Source: Laetmonice hystrix
Lineage: Eukaryota
DNA: 64,000 bases
Reading direction: 5' to 3'
Assembly: GCA_965235115.1 (NCBI GenBank)
Contig: OZ249436.1
Location: 3,288,001 to 3,352,000 of the forward strand
A program made the position numbers and the translations under genes. How positions within the stretch are numbered: position 1 is the stretch's first letter; each line of letters begins with the position of its first letter. The notes beneath the pieces were generated by a model. It searched no databases. It saw nothing but the letters and a program-made list of their open reading frames with translations, and was not told where the DNA came from. This document shows, one piece after another, positions 9,501-22,949 of the stretch.

Positions 9501-11007
9501 TGTGGCTCTTAGGTTAAAGCAATGAGAAGCGAAAAATGGCTACATTTCTGATACGTCAAATTGAAACTACGCCCCCCAAAGTTATGATTCTTAGGCCAGA
9601 TGTATAACTGTCAAACGTATAGGTCTCGTACGTTCGCTACAGTTATATGGTTGTGATGTGTATACTTCCCATTTGAGTATCTTCTCCAGATTTTAACATT
9701 AGATGCTCCTCGCCAGTACCTTTGATTTCCACTACCTCACTGTAGTGTTTGCATGGCTACTAGGCCAGTCGGTAAGATGTAGGGACTTTTCACTCTACTG
9801 GTTGGCCTCCCACACTGCTTGGCCTCACAGTGTACTGTTTGGCCTGACTTTACTCTTTGGCCTCACTGTAGTGTTCGCTGGGGTGCTAGGCCAGCCAGTA
9901 CCTTGTAGCGATTTCTCACTGTACCGTTTGTCCTCCCTGTACCGTTTGCTTGTACACAACAGTAGCCAGTAATATAGGGACGCCTCATGTTTCATGTTTC
10001 CATGCCTTTATTGTCCAGGAGGCAGGCCATACGTTTCATCTATCATCTACTCCCATCTAATCTGTGTCCCCTAGAGACCATCTGTAAGCGTGCGACAACG
10101 TTGTCAGGTCGTCCCAATGACTGTTTGCCGTAGAAGTTTAGTTAACAATGGCAAATGACGTTGTACGCTTTTTCTATATCAGATATCCCATCCCCAAGTA
10201 AGAAACAAACAAAGAAAGAGTACAGAGATTTGCAGGCAAGAAACACCAGGGTGCAGCGCAGCTCTACTGAAGCGGCGGCAGAGGCGGTGACTGCACTGCC
10301 ATCTTCCGGCTACCGGTGGAATCACCACGTATACCTGGCCGGGCTGGCGGGCACCTATGGCTATTAGGTTAAAGCAATGAGAAGCGGAAAATGGCTACAT
10401 TTCTGATACGTCAAATTGAAACTACGCCCCCCAAAGTTATGATTCTTAGGCCAGATGTATAACTGTCAAACGTATAGGTCTCGTACGTTCGCTACAGATA
10501 TATGGTTGTGATGTGTATACTTCCCATTTGAGTATCTTCTCCAGATTTTAACATTAGATGCTCCTCGCCAGTACCTTTGATTTCCACTACCTCACTGTAG
10601 TGTTTGCATGGCTACTAGGCCAGTCGGTAAGATGTAGGGACTTCTCACTCTACTGGTTGGCCTCCCACACTGCTTGGCCTCACAGTGTACTGTTTGGCCT
10701 GACTTTACTCTTTGGCCTCACTGTAGTGTTCGCTGGGGTGCTAGGCCAGCCAGTACCTTGTAGCAATTCCTCACTGTACCGTTGGCCTCCCTGTACCGTT
10801 TGCTTGTATACAACAGTAGCCAGTAATATAGGGACGCCTCATGTTTCATGTTTCCATGCCTTTATTGTCCAGGAGGCAGGCCATACGTTTCGTCTATTAT
10901 CTACTCCCATCTAATCTATGTCCCCTAGGACCATCTGTAAGCGTGCGAACACGTTGTCAGGTCGTCCCAATGACTGTTTGCCGTAAAGGTTTAGTTAACA
11001 ATGGCAA

Positions 11008-14000
11008 ATGACGTTGTACGCCTTTTCTATATCAGATGTCCCATCCCCAAGTAAGAAACAAAGAAAGAAAGAGTACAGAGATTTGCAGGCAAGAAACACC
11101 AGGGTGCAACGCAGCTCTACTGAAGCGGCGGCAGAGGCGGTGACTGCACTGCCATCTTCCGGCTACCGGTGGAATCACCACGTATACCTGGCCGGGCTGG
11201 CGGGCACCTGTGGCTCTTAGGTTAAAGCAATGAGAAGCGAAAAATGGCTACATTTCTGATACGTCAAATTAAAACTACGCCCCCCAAGGTTATGATTCTT
11301 AGGCCAGATGTATAACTGCCAAACGTATAGGTCTCGTACGTTCGCTACAGATATATGGTTGTGATGTGTATACTTCCCATTTGAGTATCTTCTCCAGATT
11401 TTAACATTAGATGCTCCTCGCCAGTACCTTTGATTTCCACTACCTCACTGTAGTGTTTGCATGGCTACTAGGCCAGTCGGTAAGATGTAGGGACTTCTCA
11501 CTCTACTGGTTGGCCTCCCACACTGCTTGGCCTCACAGTGTACTGTTTGGCCTGACTTTACTCTTTGGCCTCACTGTAGTGTTCGCTGGGGTGCTAGGCC
11601 AGCCAGTACCTTGTAGCAATTCCTCACTGTACCGTTGGCCTCCCTGTACCGTTTGCTTGTATACAACAGTAGCCAGTAATATAGGGACGCCTCATGTTTC
11701 ATGTTTCCATGCCTTTATTGTCCAGGAGGAAGGCCATACGTTTCGTCTATTATCTACTCCCATCTAATCTATGTCCCCTAGGACCATCTGTAAGCGTGCG
11801 AACACGTTGTCAGGTCGTCCCAATGACTGTTTGCCGTAAAGGTTTAGTTAACAATGGCAAATGACGTTGTACGCCTTTTCTATATCAGATATCCCATCCC
11901 CAAGTAAGAAACAAACAAAGAAAGAGTACAGAGATTTGCAGGCAAGAAACACCAGGGTGCAGCGCAGCTCTACTGAAGCGGCGGCAGAGGCGGTGACTGC
12001 ACTGCCATCTTCCGGCTACCGGTGGAATCACCACGTATACCTGGCCGGGCTGGCGGGCACCTGTGGCTCTTAGGTTAAAGCAATGAGAAGCGAAAAATGG
12101 CTACATTTCTGATACGTCAAATTGAAACTACGCCCCCCAAAGTTATGATTCTTAGGCCAGATGTATAACTGTCAAACGTATAGGTCTCGTACGTTCGCTA
12201 CAGTTATATGGTTGTGATGTGTATACTTCCCATTTGAGTATCTTCTCCAGATTTTAACATTAGATGCTCCTCGCCAGTACCTTTGATTTCCACTACCTCA
12301 CTGTAGTGTTTGCATGGCTACTAGGCCAGTCGGTAAGATGTAGGGACTTCTCACTCTACTGGTTGGCCTCCCACACTGCTTGGCCTCACAGTGTACTGTT
12401 TGGCCTGACTTTACTCTTTGGCCTCACTGTAGTGTTCGCTGGGGTGCTAGGCCAGCCAGTACCTTGTAGCGATTTTTCACTGTACCGTTTGTCCTCCCTG
12501 TACCGTTTGCTTGTACACAACAGTGGCCAGTAATATAGGGACGCCTCATGTTTCATGTTTCCATGCCTTTATTGTCCAGGAGGCAGGCCATACGTTTCAT
12601 CTATCATCTACTCCCATCTAATCTGTGTCCCCTAGAGACCATCTGTAAGCGTGCGACAACGTTGTCAGGTCGTCCCAATGACTGTTTGCCGTAGAAGTTT
12701 AGTTAACAATGGCAAATGACGTTGTACGCTTTTTCTATATCAGATATCCCATCCCCAAGTAAGAAACAAACAAAGAAAGAGTACAGAGATTTGCAGGCAA
12801 GAAATACCAGGGTGCAGCGCAGCTCTACTGAAGCGGCGGCAGAGGCGGTGACTGCACTGCCATCTTCCGGCTACCGGTGGAATCACCACGTATACCTGGC
12901 CGGGCTGGCGGGCACCTGTGGCTCTTAGGTTAAAGCAATGAGAAGCGAAAAATGGCTACATTTCTGATACGTCAAATTAAAACTACGCCCCCAAGGTTAT
13001 GATTCTTAGGCCAGATGTATAACTGCCAAACGTATAGGTCTCGTACGTTCGCTACAGATATATGGTTGTGATGTGTATACTTCCCATTTGAGTATCTTCT
13101 CCAGATTTTAACATTAGATGCTCCTCGCCAGTACCTTTGATTTCCACTACCTCACTGTAGTGTTTGCATGGCTACTAGGCCAGTCGGTAAGATGTAGGGA
13201 CTTCTCACTCTACTGGTTGGCCTCCCACACTGCTTGGCCTCACAGTGTACTGTTTGGCCTGACTTTACTCTTTGGCCTCACTGTAGTGTTCGCTGGGGTG
13301 CTAGGCCAGCCAGTACCTTGTAGCAATTCCTCACTGTACCGTTGGCCTCCCTGTACCGTTTGCTTGTATACAACAGTAGCCAGTAATATAGGGACGCCTC
13401 ATGTTTCATGTTTCCATGCCTTTATTGTCCAGGAGGAAGGCCATACGTTTCGTCTATTATCTACTCCCATCTAATCTATGTCCCCTAGGACCATCTGTAA
13501 GCGTGCGAACACGTTGTCAGGTCGTCCCAATGACTGTTTGCCGTAAAGGTTTAGTTAACAATGGCAAATGACGTTGTACGCCTTTTCTATATCAGATATC
13601 CCATCCCCAAGTAAGAAACAAACAAAGAAAGAGTACAGAGATTTGCAGGCAAGAAACACCAGGGTGCAGCGCAGCTCTACTGAAGCGGCGGCAGAGGCGG
13701 TGACTGCACTGCCATCTTCCGGCTACCGGTGGAATCACCACGTATACCTGGCCGGGCTGGCGGGCACCTGTGGCTCTTAGGTTAAAGCAATGAGAAGCGA
13801 AAAATGGCTACATTTCTGATACGTCAAATTGAAACTACGCCCCCCAAAGTTATGATTCTTAGGCCAGATGTATAACTGTCAAACGTATAGGTCTCGTACG
13901 TTCGCTACAGTTATATGGTTGTGATGTGTATACTTCCCATTTGAGTATCTTCTCCAGATTTTAACATTAGATGCTCCTCGCCAGTACCTTTGATTTCCAC

Positions 14001-17000
14001 TACCTCACTGTAGTGTTTGCATGGCTACTAGGCCAGTCGGTAAGATGTAGGGACTTCTCACTCTACTGGTTGGCCTCCCACACTGCTTGGCCTCACAGTG
14101 TACTGTTTGGCCTGACTTTACTCTTTGGCCTCACTGTAGTGTTCGCTGGGGTGCTAGGCCAGCCAGTACCTTGTAGCGATTTTTCACTGTACCGTTTGTC
14201 CTCCCTGTACCGTTTGCTTGTACACAACAGTGGCCAGTAATATAGGGACGCCTCATGTTTCATGTTTCCATGCCTTTATTGTCCAGGAGGCAGGCCATAC
14301 GTTTCATCTATCATCTACTCCCATCTAATCTGTGTCCCCTAGAGACCATCTGTAAGCGTGCGACAACGTTGTCAGGTCGTCCCAATGACTGTTTGCCGTA
14401 GAAGTTTAGTTAACAATGGCAAATGACGTTGTACGCTTTTTCTATATCAGATATCCCATCCCCAAGTAAGAAACAAACAAAGAAAGAGTACAGAGATTTG
14501 CAGGCAAGAAATACCAGGGTGCAGCGCAGCTCTACTGAAGCGGCGGCAGAGGCGGTGACTGCACTGCCATCTTCCGGCTACCGGTGGAATCACCACGTAT
14601 ACCTGGCCGGGCTGGCGGGCACCTATGGCTATTAGGTTAAAGCAATGAGAAGCGGAAAATGGCTACATTTCTGATACGTCAAATTGAAACTACGCCCCCC
14701 AAAGTTATGATTCTTAGGCCAGATGTATAACTGTCAAACGTATAGGTCTCGTACGTTCGCTACAGATATATGGTTGTGATGTGTATACTTCCCATTTGAG
14801 TATCTTCTCCAGATTTTAACATTAGATGCTCCTCGCCAGTACCTTTGATTTCCACTACCTCACTGTAGTGTTTGCATGGCTACTAGGCCAGTCGGTAAGA
14901 TGTAGGGACTTCTCACTCTACTGGTTGGCCTCCCACACTGCTTGGCCTCACAGTGTACTGTTTGGCCTGACTTTACTCTTTGGCCTCACTGTAGTGTTCG
15001 CTGGGGTGCTAGGCCAGCCAGTACCTTGTAGCAATTCCTCACTGTACCGTTGGCCTCCCTGTACCGTTTGCTTGTATACAACCGTAGCCAGTAATATAGG
15101 GACGCCTCATGTTTCATGTTTCCATGCCTTTATTGTCCAGGAGGCAGGCCATACGTTTCGTCTATTATCTACTCCCATCTAATCTATGTCCCCTAGGACC
15201 ATCTGTAAGCGTGCGAACACGTTGTCAGGTCGTCCCAATGACTGTTTGCCGTAAAGGTTTAGTTAACAATGGCAAATGACGTTGTACGCCTTTTCTATAT
15301 CAGATGTCCCATCCCCAAGTAAGAAACAAAGAAAGAAAGAGTACAGAGATTTGCAGGCAAGAAACACCCGGGTGCAGCGCAGCTCTACTGAAGCGGCGGC
15401 AGAGGCGGTGACTGCACTGCCATCTTCCGGCTACCGGTGGAATCACCACGTATACCTGGCCGGGCTGGCGGGCACCTGTGGCTCTTAGGTTAAAGCAATG
15501 AGCAGCGGAAAATGGCTACATTTCTGATACGTCAAATTGAAACTACGCCCCCCAAAGTTATGATTCTTAGGCCAGATGTATAACTGTCAAACGTATAGGT
15601 CTCGTACGTTCGCTACAGATATATGGTTGTGATGTGTATACTTACCATTTGAGTATCTTCTCCAGATTTTACCATTAGATGCTCCTCGCCAGTACCTTTG
15701 ATTTCCACTACCTCACTATAGTGTTTGCATGGCTACTAGGCCAGTCGGTAAGATGTAGGGACTTCTCACTCTACTGGTTGGCCTCCCACACTGCTTGGCC
15801 TCACAGTGTACTGTTTGGCCTGACTTTACTCTTTGGCCTCACTGTAGTGTTCGCTGGGCTGCTAGGCCAGCCAGTACCTTGTAGCGATTTCTCACTGTAC
15901 CGTTTGTCCTCCCTGTACCGTTTGCTTGTACACAACAGTAGCCAGTAATATAGGGACGCCTCATGTTTCATGTTTCCATGCCTTTATTGTCCAGGAGGCA
16001 GGCCATACGTTTCATCTATCATCTACTCCCATCTAATCTGTGTCCCCTAGAGACCATCTGTAAGCGTGCGACAACGTTGTCAGGTCGTCCCAATGACTGT
16101 TTGCCGTAGAAGTTTAGTTAACAATGGCAAATGACGTTGTACGCCTTTTCTATATCAGATATCCCATCCCCAAGTAAGAAACAAACAAAGAAAGAGTACA
16201 GAGATTTGCAGGCAAGAAACACCAGGGTGCAGCGCAGCTCTACTGAAGCGGCGGCAGAGGCGGTGACTGCACTGCCATCTTCCGGCTACCGGTGGAATCA
16301 CCACGTATACCTGGCCGGGCTGGCGGGCACCTATGGCTATTAGGTTAAAGCAATGAGAAGCGGAAAATGGCTCCATTTCTGATACGTCAAATTGAAACTA
16401 CGCCCCCCAAAGTTCTTAGGCCAGATGTATAACTGTCAAACGTATAGGTCTCGTACGTTCGCTCCAGATATATGGTTGTGATGTGTATACTTCCCATTTG
16501 AGGATCTTCTACAGATTTTAACATTAGATGCTCCTCGCCTGTACCTTTCATTTCCACTACCTCACTGTAGTGCTTGCATGGCTACTAGGCCAGTCGGTAA
16601 GATGTAGGGACTTCTCACTCTACTGGTTGGCCTCCCACACTGCTTGGCCTCACAGTGTACTGTTTGGCCTGACTTTACTCTTTGGCCTCACTGTAGTGTT
16701 CGCTGGGGTGCTAGGCCAGCCAGTACCTTGTAGCAATTCCTCACTGTACCGTTTGTCCTCCCTGTACCGTTTGCTTGTACACAACAGTAGCCAGTAATAT
16801 AGGGACGCCTCATGTTTCATGTTTCCATGCCTTTATTGTCCAGGAGGCAGGCCATACGTTTCGTCTATTATCTACTCCCATCTAATCTATGTCCCCTAGG
16901 ACCATCTGTAAGCGTGCGAACACGTTGTCAGGTCGTCCCAATGACTGTTTGCCGTAAAGGTTTAGTTAACAATGGCAAATGACGTTGTACGCCTTTTCTA

Positions 17001-20000
17001 TATCAGATGTCCCATCCCCAAGTAAGAAACAAAGAAAGAAAGAGTACAGAGATTTGCAGGCAAGAAACACCAGGGTGCAACGCAGCTCTACTGAAGCGGC
17101 GGCAGAGGCGGTGACTGCACTGCCATCTTCCGGCTACCGGTGGAATCACCACGTATACCTGGCCGGGCTGGCGGGCACCTGTGGCTCTTAGGTTAAAGCA
17201 ATGAGAAGCGAAAAATGGCTACATTTCTGATACGTCAAATTAAAACTACGCCCCCCAAGGTTATGATTCTTAGGCCAGATGTATAACTGCCAAACGTATA
17301 GGTCTCGTACGTTCGCTACAGATATATGGTTGTGATGTGTATACTTCCCATTTGAGTATCTTCTCCAGATTTTAACATTAGATGCTCCTCGCCAGTACCT
17401 TTGATTTCCACTACCTCACTGTAGTGTTTGCATGGCTACTAGGCCAGTCGGTAAGATGTAGGGACTTCTCACTCTACTGGTTGGCCTCCCACACTGCTTG
17501 GCCTCACAGTGTACTGTTTGGCCTGACTTTACTCTTTGGCCTCACTGTAGTGTTCGCTGGGGTGCTAGGCCAGCCAGTACCTTGTAGCAATTCCTCACTG
17601 TACCGTTGGCCTCCCTGTACCGTTTGCTTGTATACAACAGTAGCCAGTAATATAGGGACGCCTCATGTTTCATGTTTCCATGCCTTTATTGTCCAGGAGG
17701 AAGGCCATACGTTTCGTCTATTATCTACTCCCATCTAATCTATGTCCCCTAGGACCATCTGTAAGCGTGCGAACACGTTGTCAGGTCGTCCCAATGACTG
17801 TTTGCCGTAAAGGTTTAGTTAACAATGGCAAATGACGTTGTACGCCTTTTCTATATCAGATATCCCATCCCCAAGTAAGAAACAAACAAAGAAAGAGTAC
17901 AGAGATTTGCAGGCAAGAAACACCAGGGTGCAGCGCAGCTCTACTGAAGCGGCGGCAGAGGCGGTGACTGCACTGCCATCTTCCGGCTACCGGTGGAATC
18001 ACCACGTATACCTGGCCGGGCTGGCGGGCACCTGTGGCTCTTAGGTTAAAGCAATGAGAAGCGAAAAATGGCTACATTTCTGATACGTCAAATTGAAACT
18101 ACGCCCCCCAAAGTTATGATTCTTAGGCCAGATGTATAACTGTCAAACGTATAGGTCTCGTACGTTCGCTACAGTTATATGGTTGTGATGTGTATACTTC
18201 CCATTTGAGTATCTTCTCCAGATTTTAACATTAGATGCTCCTCGCCAGTACCTTTGATTTCCACTACCTCACTGTAGTGTTTGCATGGCTACTAGGCCAG
18301 TCGGTAAGATGTAGGGACTTCTCACTCTACTGGTTGGCCTCCCACACTGCTTGGCCTCACAGTGTACTGTTTGGCCTGACTTTACTCTTTGGCCTCACTG
18401 TAGTGTTCGCTGGGGTGCTAGGCCAGCCAGTACCTTGTAGCGATTTTTCACTGTACCGTTTGTCCTCCCTGTACCGTTTGCTTGTACACAACAGTGGCCA
18501 GTAATATAGGGACGCCTCATGTTTCATGTTTCCATGCCTTTATTGTCCAGGAGGCAGGCCATACGTTTCATCTATCATCTACTCGCATCTAATCTGTGTC
18601 CCCTAGAGACCATCTGTAAGCGTGCGACAACGTTGTCAGGTCGTCCCAATGACTGTTTGCCGTAGAAGTTTAGTTAACAATGGCAAATGACGTTGTACGC
18701 TTTTTCTATATCAGATATCCCATCCCCAAGTAAGAAACAAACAAAGAAAGAGTACAGAGATTTGCAGGCAAGAAATACCAGGGTGCAGCGCAGCTCTACT
18801 GAAGCGGCGGCAGAGGCGGTGACTGCACTGCCATCTTCCGGCTACCGGTGGAATCACCACGTATACCTGGCCGGGCTGGCGGGCACCTGTGGCTCTTAGG
18901 TTAAAGCAATGAGAAGCGAAAAATGGCTACATTTCTGATACGTCAAATTAAAACTACGCCCCCAAGGTTATGATTCTTAGGCCAGATGTATAACTGCCAA
19001 ACGTATAGGTCTCGTACGTTCGCTACAGATATATGGTTGTGATGTGTATACTTCCCATTTGAGTATCTTCTCCAGATTTTAACATTAGATGCTCCTCGCC
19101 AGTACCTTTGATTTCCACTACCTCACTGTAGTGTTTGCATGGCTACTAGGCCAGTCGGTAAGATGTAGGGACTTCTCACTCTACTGGTTGGCCTCCCACA
19201 CTGCTTGGCCTCACAGTGTACTGTTTGGCCTGACTTTACTCTTTGGCCTCACTGTAGTGTTCGCTGGGGTGCTAGGCCAGCCAGTACCTTGTAGCAATTC
19301 CTCACTGTACCGTTGGCCTCCCTGTACCGTTTGCTTGTATACAACAGTAGCCAGTAATATAGGGACGCCTCATGTTTCATGTTTCCATGCCTTTATTGTC
19401 CAGGAGGAAGGCCATACGTTTCGTCTATTATCTACTCCCATCTAATCTATGTCCCCTAGGACCATCTGTAAGCGTGCGAACACGTTGTCAGGTCGTCCCA
19501 ATGACTGTTTGCCGTAAAGGTTTAGTTAACAATGGCAAATGACGTTGTACGCCTTTTCTATATCAGATATCCCATCCCCAAGTAAGAAACAAACAAAGAA
19601 AGAGTACAGAGATTTGCAGGCAAGAAACACCAGGGTGCAGCGCAGCTCTACTGAAGCGGCGGCAGAGGCGGTGACTGCACTGCCATCTTCCGGCTACCGG
19701 TGGAATCACCACGTATACCTGGCCGGGCTGGCGGGCACCTGTGGCTCTTAGGTTAAAGCAATGAGAAGCGAAAAATGGCTACATTTCTGATACGTCAAAT
19801 TGAAACTACGCCCCCCAAAGTTATGATTCTTAGGCCAGATGTATAACTGTCAAACGTATAGGTCTCGTACGTTCGCTACAGTTATATGGTTGTGATGTGT
19901 ATACTTCCCATTTGAGTATCTTCTCCAGATTTTAACATTAGATGCTCCTCGCCAGTACCTTTGATTTCCACTACCTCACTGTAGTGTTTGCATGGCTACT

Positions 20001-22949
20001 AGGCCAGTCGGTAAGATGTAGGGACTTCTCACTCTACTGGTTGGCCTCCCACACTGCTTGGCCTCACAGTGTACTGTTTGGCCTGACTTTACTCTTTGGC
20101 CTCACTGTAGTGTTCGCTGGGGTGCTAGGCCAGCCAGTACCTTGTAGCGATTTTTCACTGTACCGTTTGTCCTCCCTGTACCGTTTGCTTGTACACAACA
20201 GTGGCCAGTAATATAGGGACGCCTCATGTTTCATGTTTCCATGCCTTTATTGTCCAGGAGGCAGGCCATACGTTTCATCTATCATCTACTCCCATCTAAT
20301 CTGTGTCCCCTAGAGACCATCTGTAAGCGTGCGACAACGTTGTCAGGTCGTCCCAATGACTGTTTGCCGTAGAAGTTTAGTTAACAATGGCAAATGACGT
20401 TGTACGCTTTTTCTATATCAGATATCCCATCCCCAAGTAAGAAACAAACAAAGAAAGAGTACAGAGATTTGCAGGCAAGAAATACCAGGGTGCAGCGCAG
20501 CTCTACTGAAGCGGCGGCAGAGGCGGTGACTGCACTGCCATCTTCCGGCTACCGGTGGAATCACCACGTATACCTGGCCGGGCTGGCGGGCACCTATGGC
20601 TATTAGGTTAAAGCAATGAGAAGCGGAAAATGGCTACATTTCTGATACGTCAAATTGAAACTACGCCCCCCAAAGTTATGATTCTTAGGCCAGATGTATA
20701 ACTGTCAAACGTATAGGTCTCGTACGTTCGCTACAGATATATGGTTGTGATGTGTATACTTCCCATTTGAGTATCTTCTCCAGATTTTAACATTAGATGC
20801 TCCTCGCCAGTACCTTTGATTTCCACTACCTCACTGTAGTGTTTGCATGGCTACTAGGCCAGTCGGTAAGATGTAGGGACTTCTCACTCTACTGGTTGGC
20901 CTCCCACACTGCTTGGCCTCACAGTGTACTGTTTGGCCTGACTTTACTCTTTGGCCTCACTGTAGTGTTCGCTGGGGTGCTAGGCCAGCCAGTACCTTGT
21001 AGCAATTCCTCACTGTACCGTTGGCCTCCCTGTACCGTTTGCTTGTATACAACCGTAGCCAGTAATATAGGGACGCCTCATGTTTCATGTTTCCATGCCT
21101 TTATTGTCCAGGAGGAAGGCCATACGTTTCGTCTATTATCTACTCCCATCTAATCTATGTCCCCTAGGACCATCTGTAAGCGTGCGAACACGTTGTCAGG
21201 TCGTCCCAATGACTGTTTGCCGTAAAGGTTTAGTTAACAATGGCAAATGACGTTGTACGCCTTTTCTATATCAGATGTCCCATCCCCAAGTAAGAAACAA
21301 AGAAAGAAAGAGTACAGAGATTTGCAGGCAAGAAACACCCGGGTGCAGCGCAGCTCTACTGAAGCGGCGGCAGAGGCGGTGACTGCACTGCCATCTTCCG
21401 GCTACCGGTGGAATCACCACGTATACCTGGCCGGGCTGGCGGGCACCTGTGGCTCTTAGGTTAAAGCAATGAGCAGCGGAAAATGGCTACATTTCTGATA
21501 CGTCAAATTGAAACTACGCCCCCCAAAGTTATGATTCTTAGGCCAGATGTATAACTGTCAAACGTATAGGTCTCGTACGTTCGCTACAGATATATGGTTG
21601 TGATGTGTATACTTACCATTTGAGTATCTTCTCCAGATTTTACCATTAGATGCTCCTCGCCAGTACCTTTGATTTCCACTACCTCACTATAGTGTTTGCA
21701 TGGCTACTAGGCCAGTCGGTAAGATGTAGGGACTTCTCACTCTACTGGTTGGCCTCCCACAGTGCTTGGCCTCACAGTGTACTGTTTGGCCTGACTTTAC
21801 TCTTTGGCCTCACTGTAGTGTTCGCTGGGCTGCTAGGCCAGCCAGTACCTTGTAGCGATTTCTCACTGTACCGTTTGTCCTCCCTGTACCGTTTGCTTGT
21901 ACACAACAGTAGCCAGTAATATAGGGACGCCTCATGTTTCATGTTTCCATGCCTTTATTGTCCAGGAGGCAGGCCATACGTTTCATCTATCATCTACTCC
22001 CATCTAATCTGTGTCCCCTAGAGACCATCTGTAAGCGTCCGACAACGTTGTCAGGTCGTCCCAATGACTGTTTGCCGTAGAAGTTTAGTTAACAATGGCA
22101 AATGACGTTGTACGCCTTTTCTATATCAGATATCCCATCCCCAAGTAAGAAACAAACAAAGAAAGAGTACAGAGATTTGCAGGCAAGAAACACCAGGGTG
22201 CAGCGCAGCTCTACTGAAGCGGCGGCAGAGGCGGTGACTGCACTGCCATCTTCCGGCTACCGGTGGAATCACCACGTATACCTGGCCGGGCTGGCGGGCA
22301 CCTATGGCTATTAGGTTAAAGCAATGAGAAGCGGAAAATGGCTCCATTTCTGATACGTCAAATTGAAACTACGCCCCCCAAAGTTCTTAGGCCAGATGTA
22401 TAACTGTCAAACGTATAGGTCTCGTACGTTCGCTCCAGATATATGGTTGTGATGTGTATACTTCCCATTTGAGTATCTTCTACAGATTTTAACATTAGAT
22501 GCTCCTCGCCTGTACCTTTCATTTCCACTACCTCACTGTAGTGCTTGCATGGCTACTAGGCCAGTCGGTAAGATGTAGGGACTTCTCACTCTACTGGTTG
22601 GCCTCCCACACTGCTTGGCCTCACAGTGTACTGTTTGGCCTGACTTTACTCTTTGGCCTCACTGTAGTGTTCGCTGGGGTGCTAGGCCAGCCAGTACCTT
22701 GTAGCAATTCCTCACTGTACCGTTTGTCCTCCCTGTACCGTTTGCTTGTACACAACAGTAGCCAGTAATATAGGGACGCCTCATGTTTCATGTTTCCATG
22801 CCTTTATTGTCCAGGAGGCAGGCCATACGTTTCGTCTATTATCTACTCCCATCTAATCTATGTCCCCTAGGACCATCTGTAAGCGTGCGAACACGTTGTC
22901 AGGTCGTCCCAATGACTGTTTGCCGTAAAGGTTTAGTTAACAATGGCAA
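11008..22949. repeat. Higher-order repeat: two copies of a 7-monomer block (period 5971 bp)
   Basis: Diagnostic variants recur at +5971: GTGCAACGC unit 11008/16979; C5 instead of C6 in unit 12716/18687; CCCGGG unit 15276/21247; 6-bp deletion unit 16131/22102. Confidence 0.88.
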
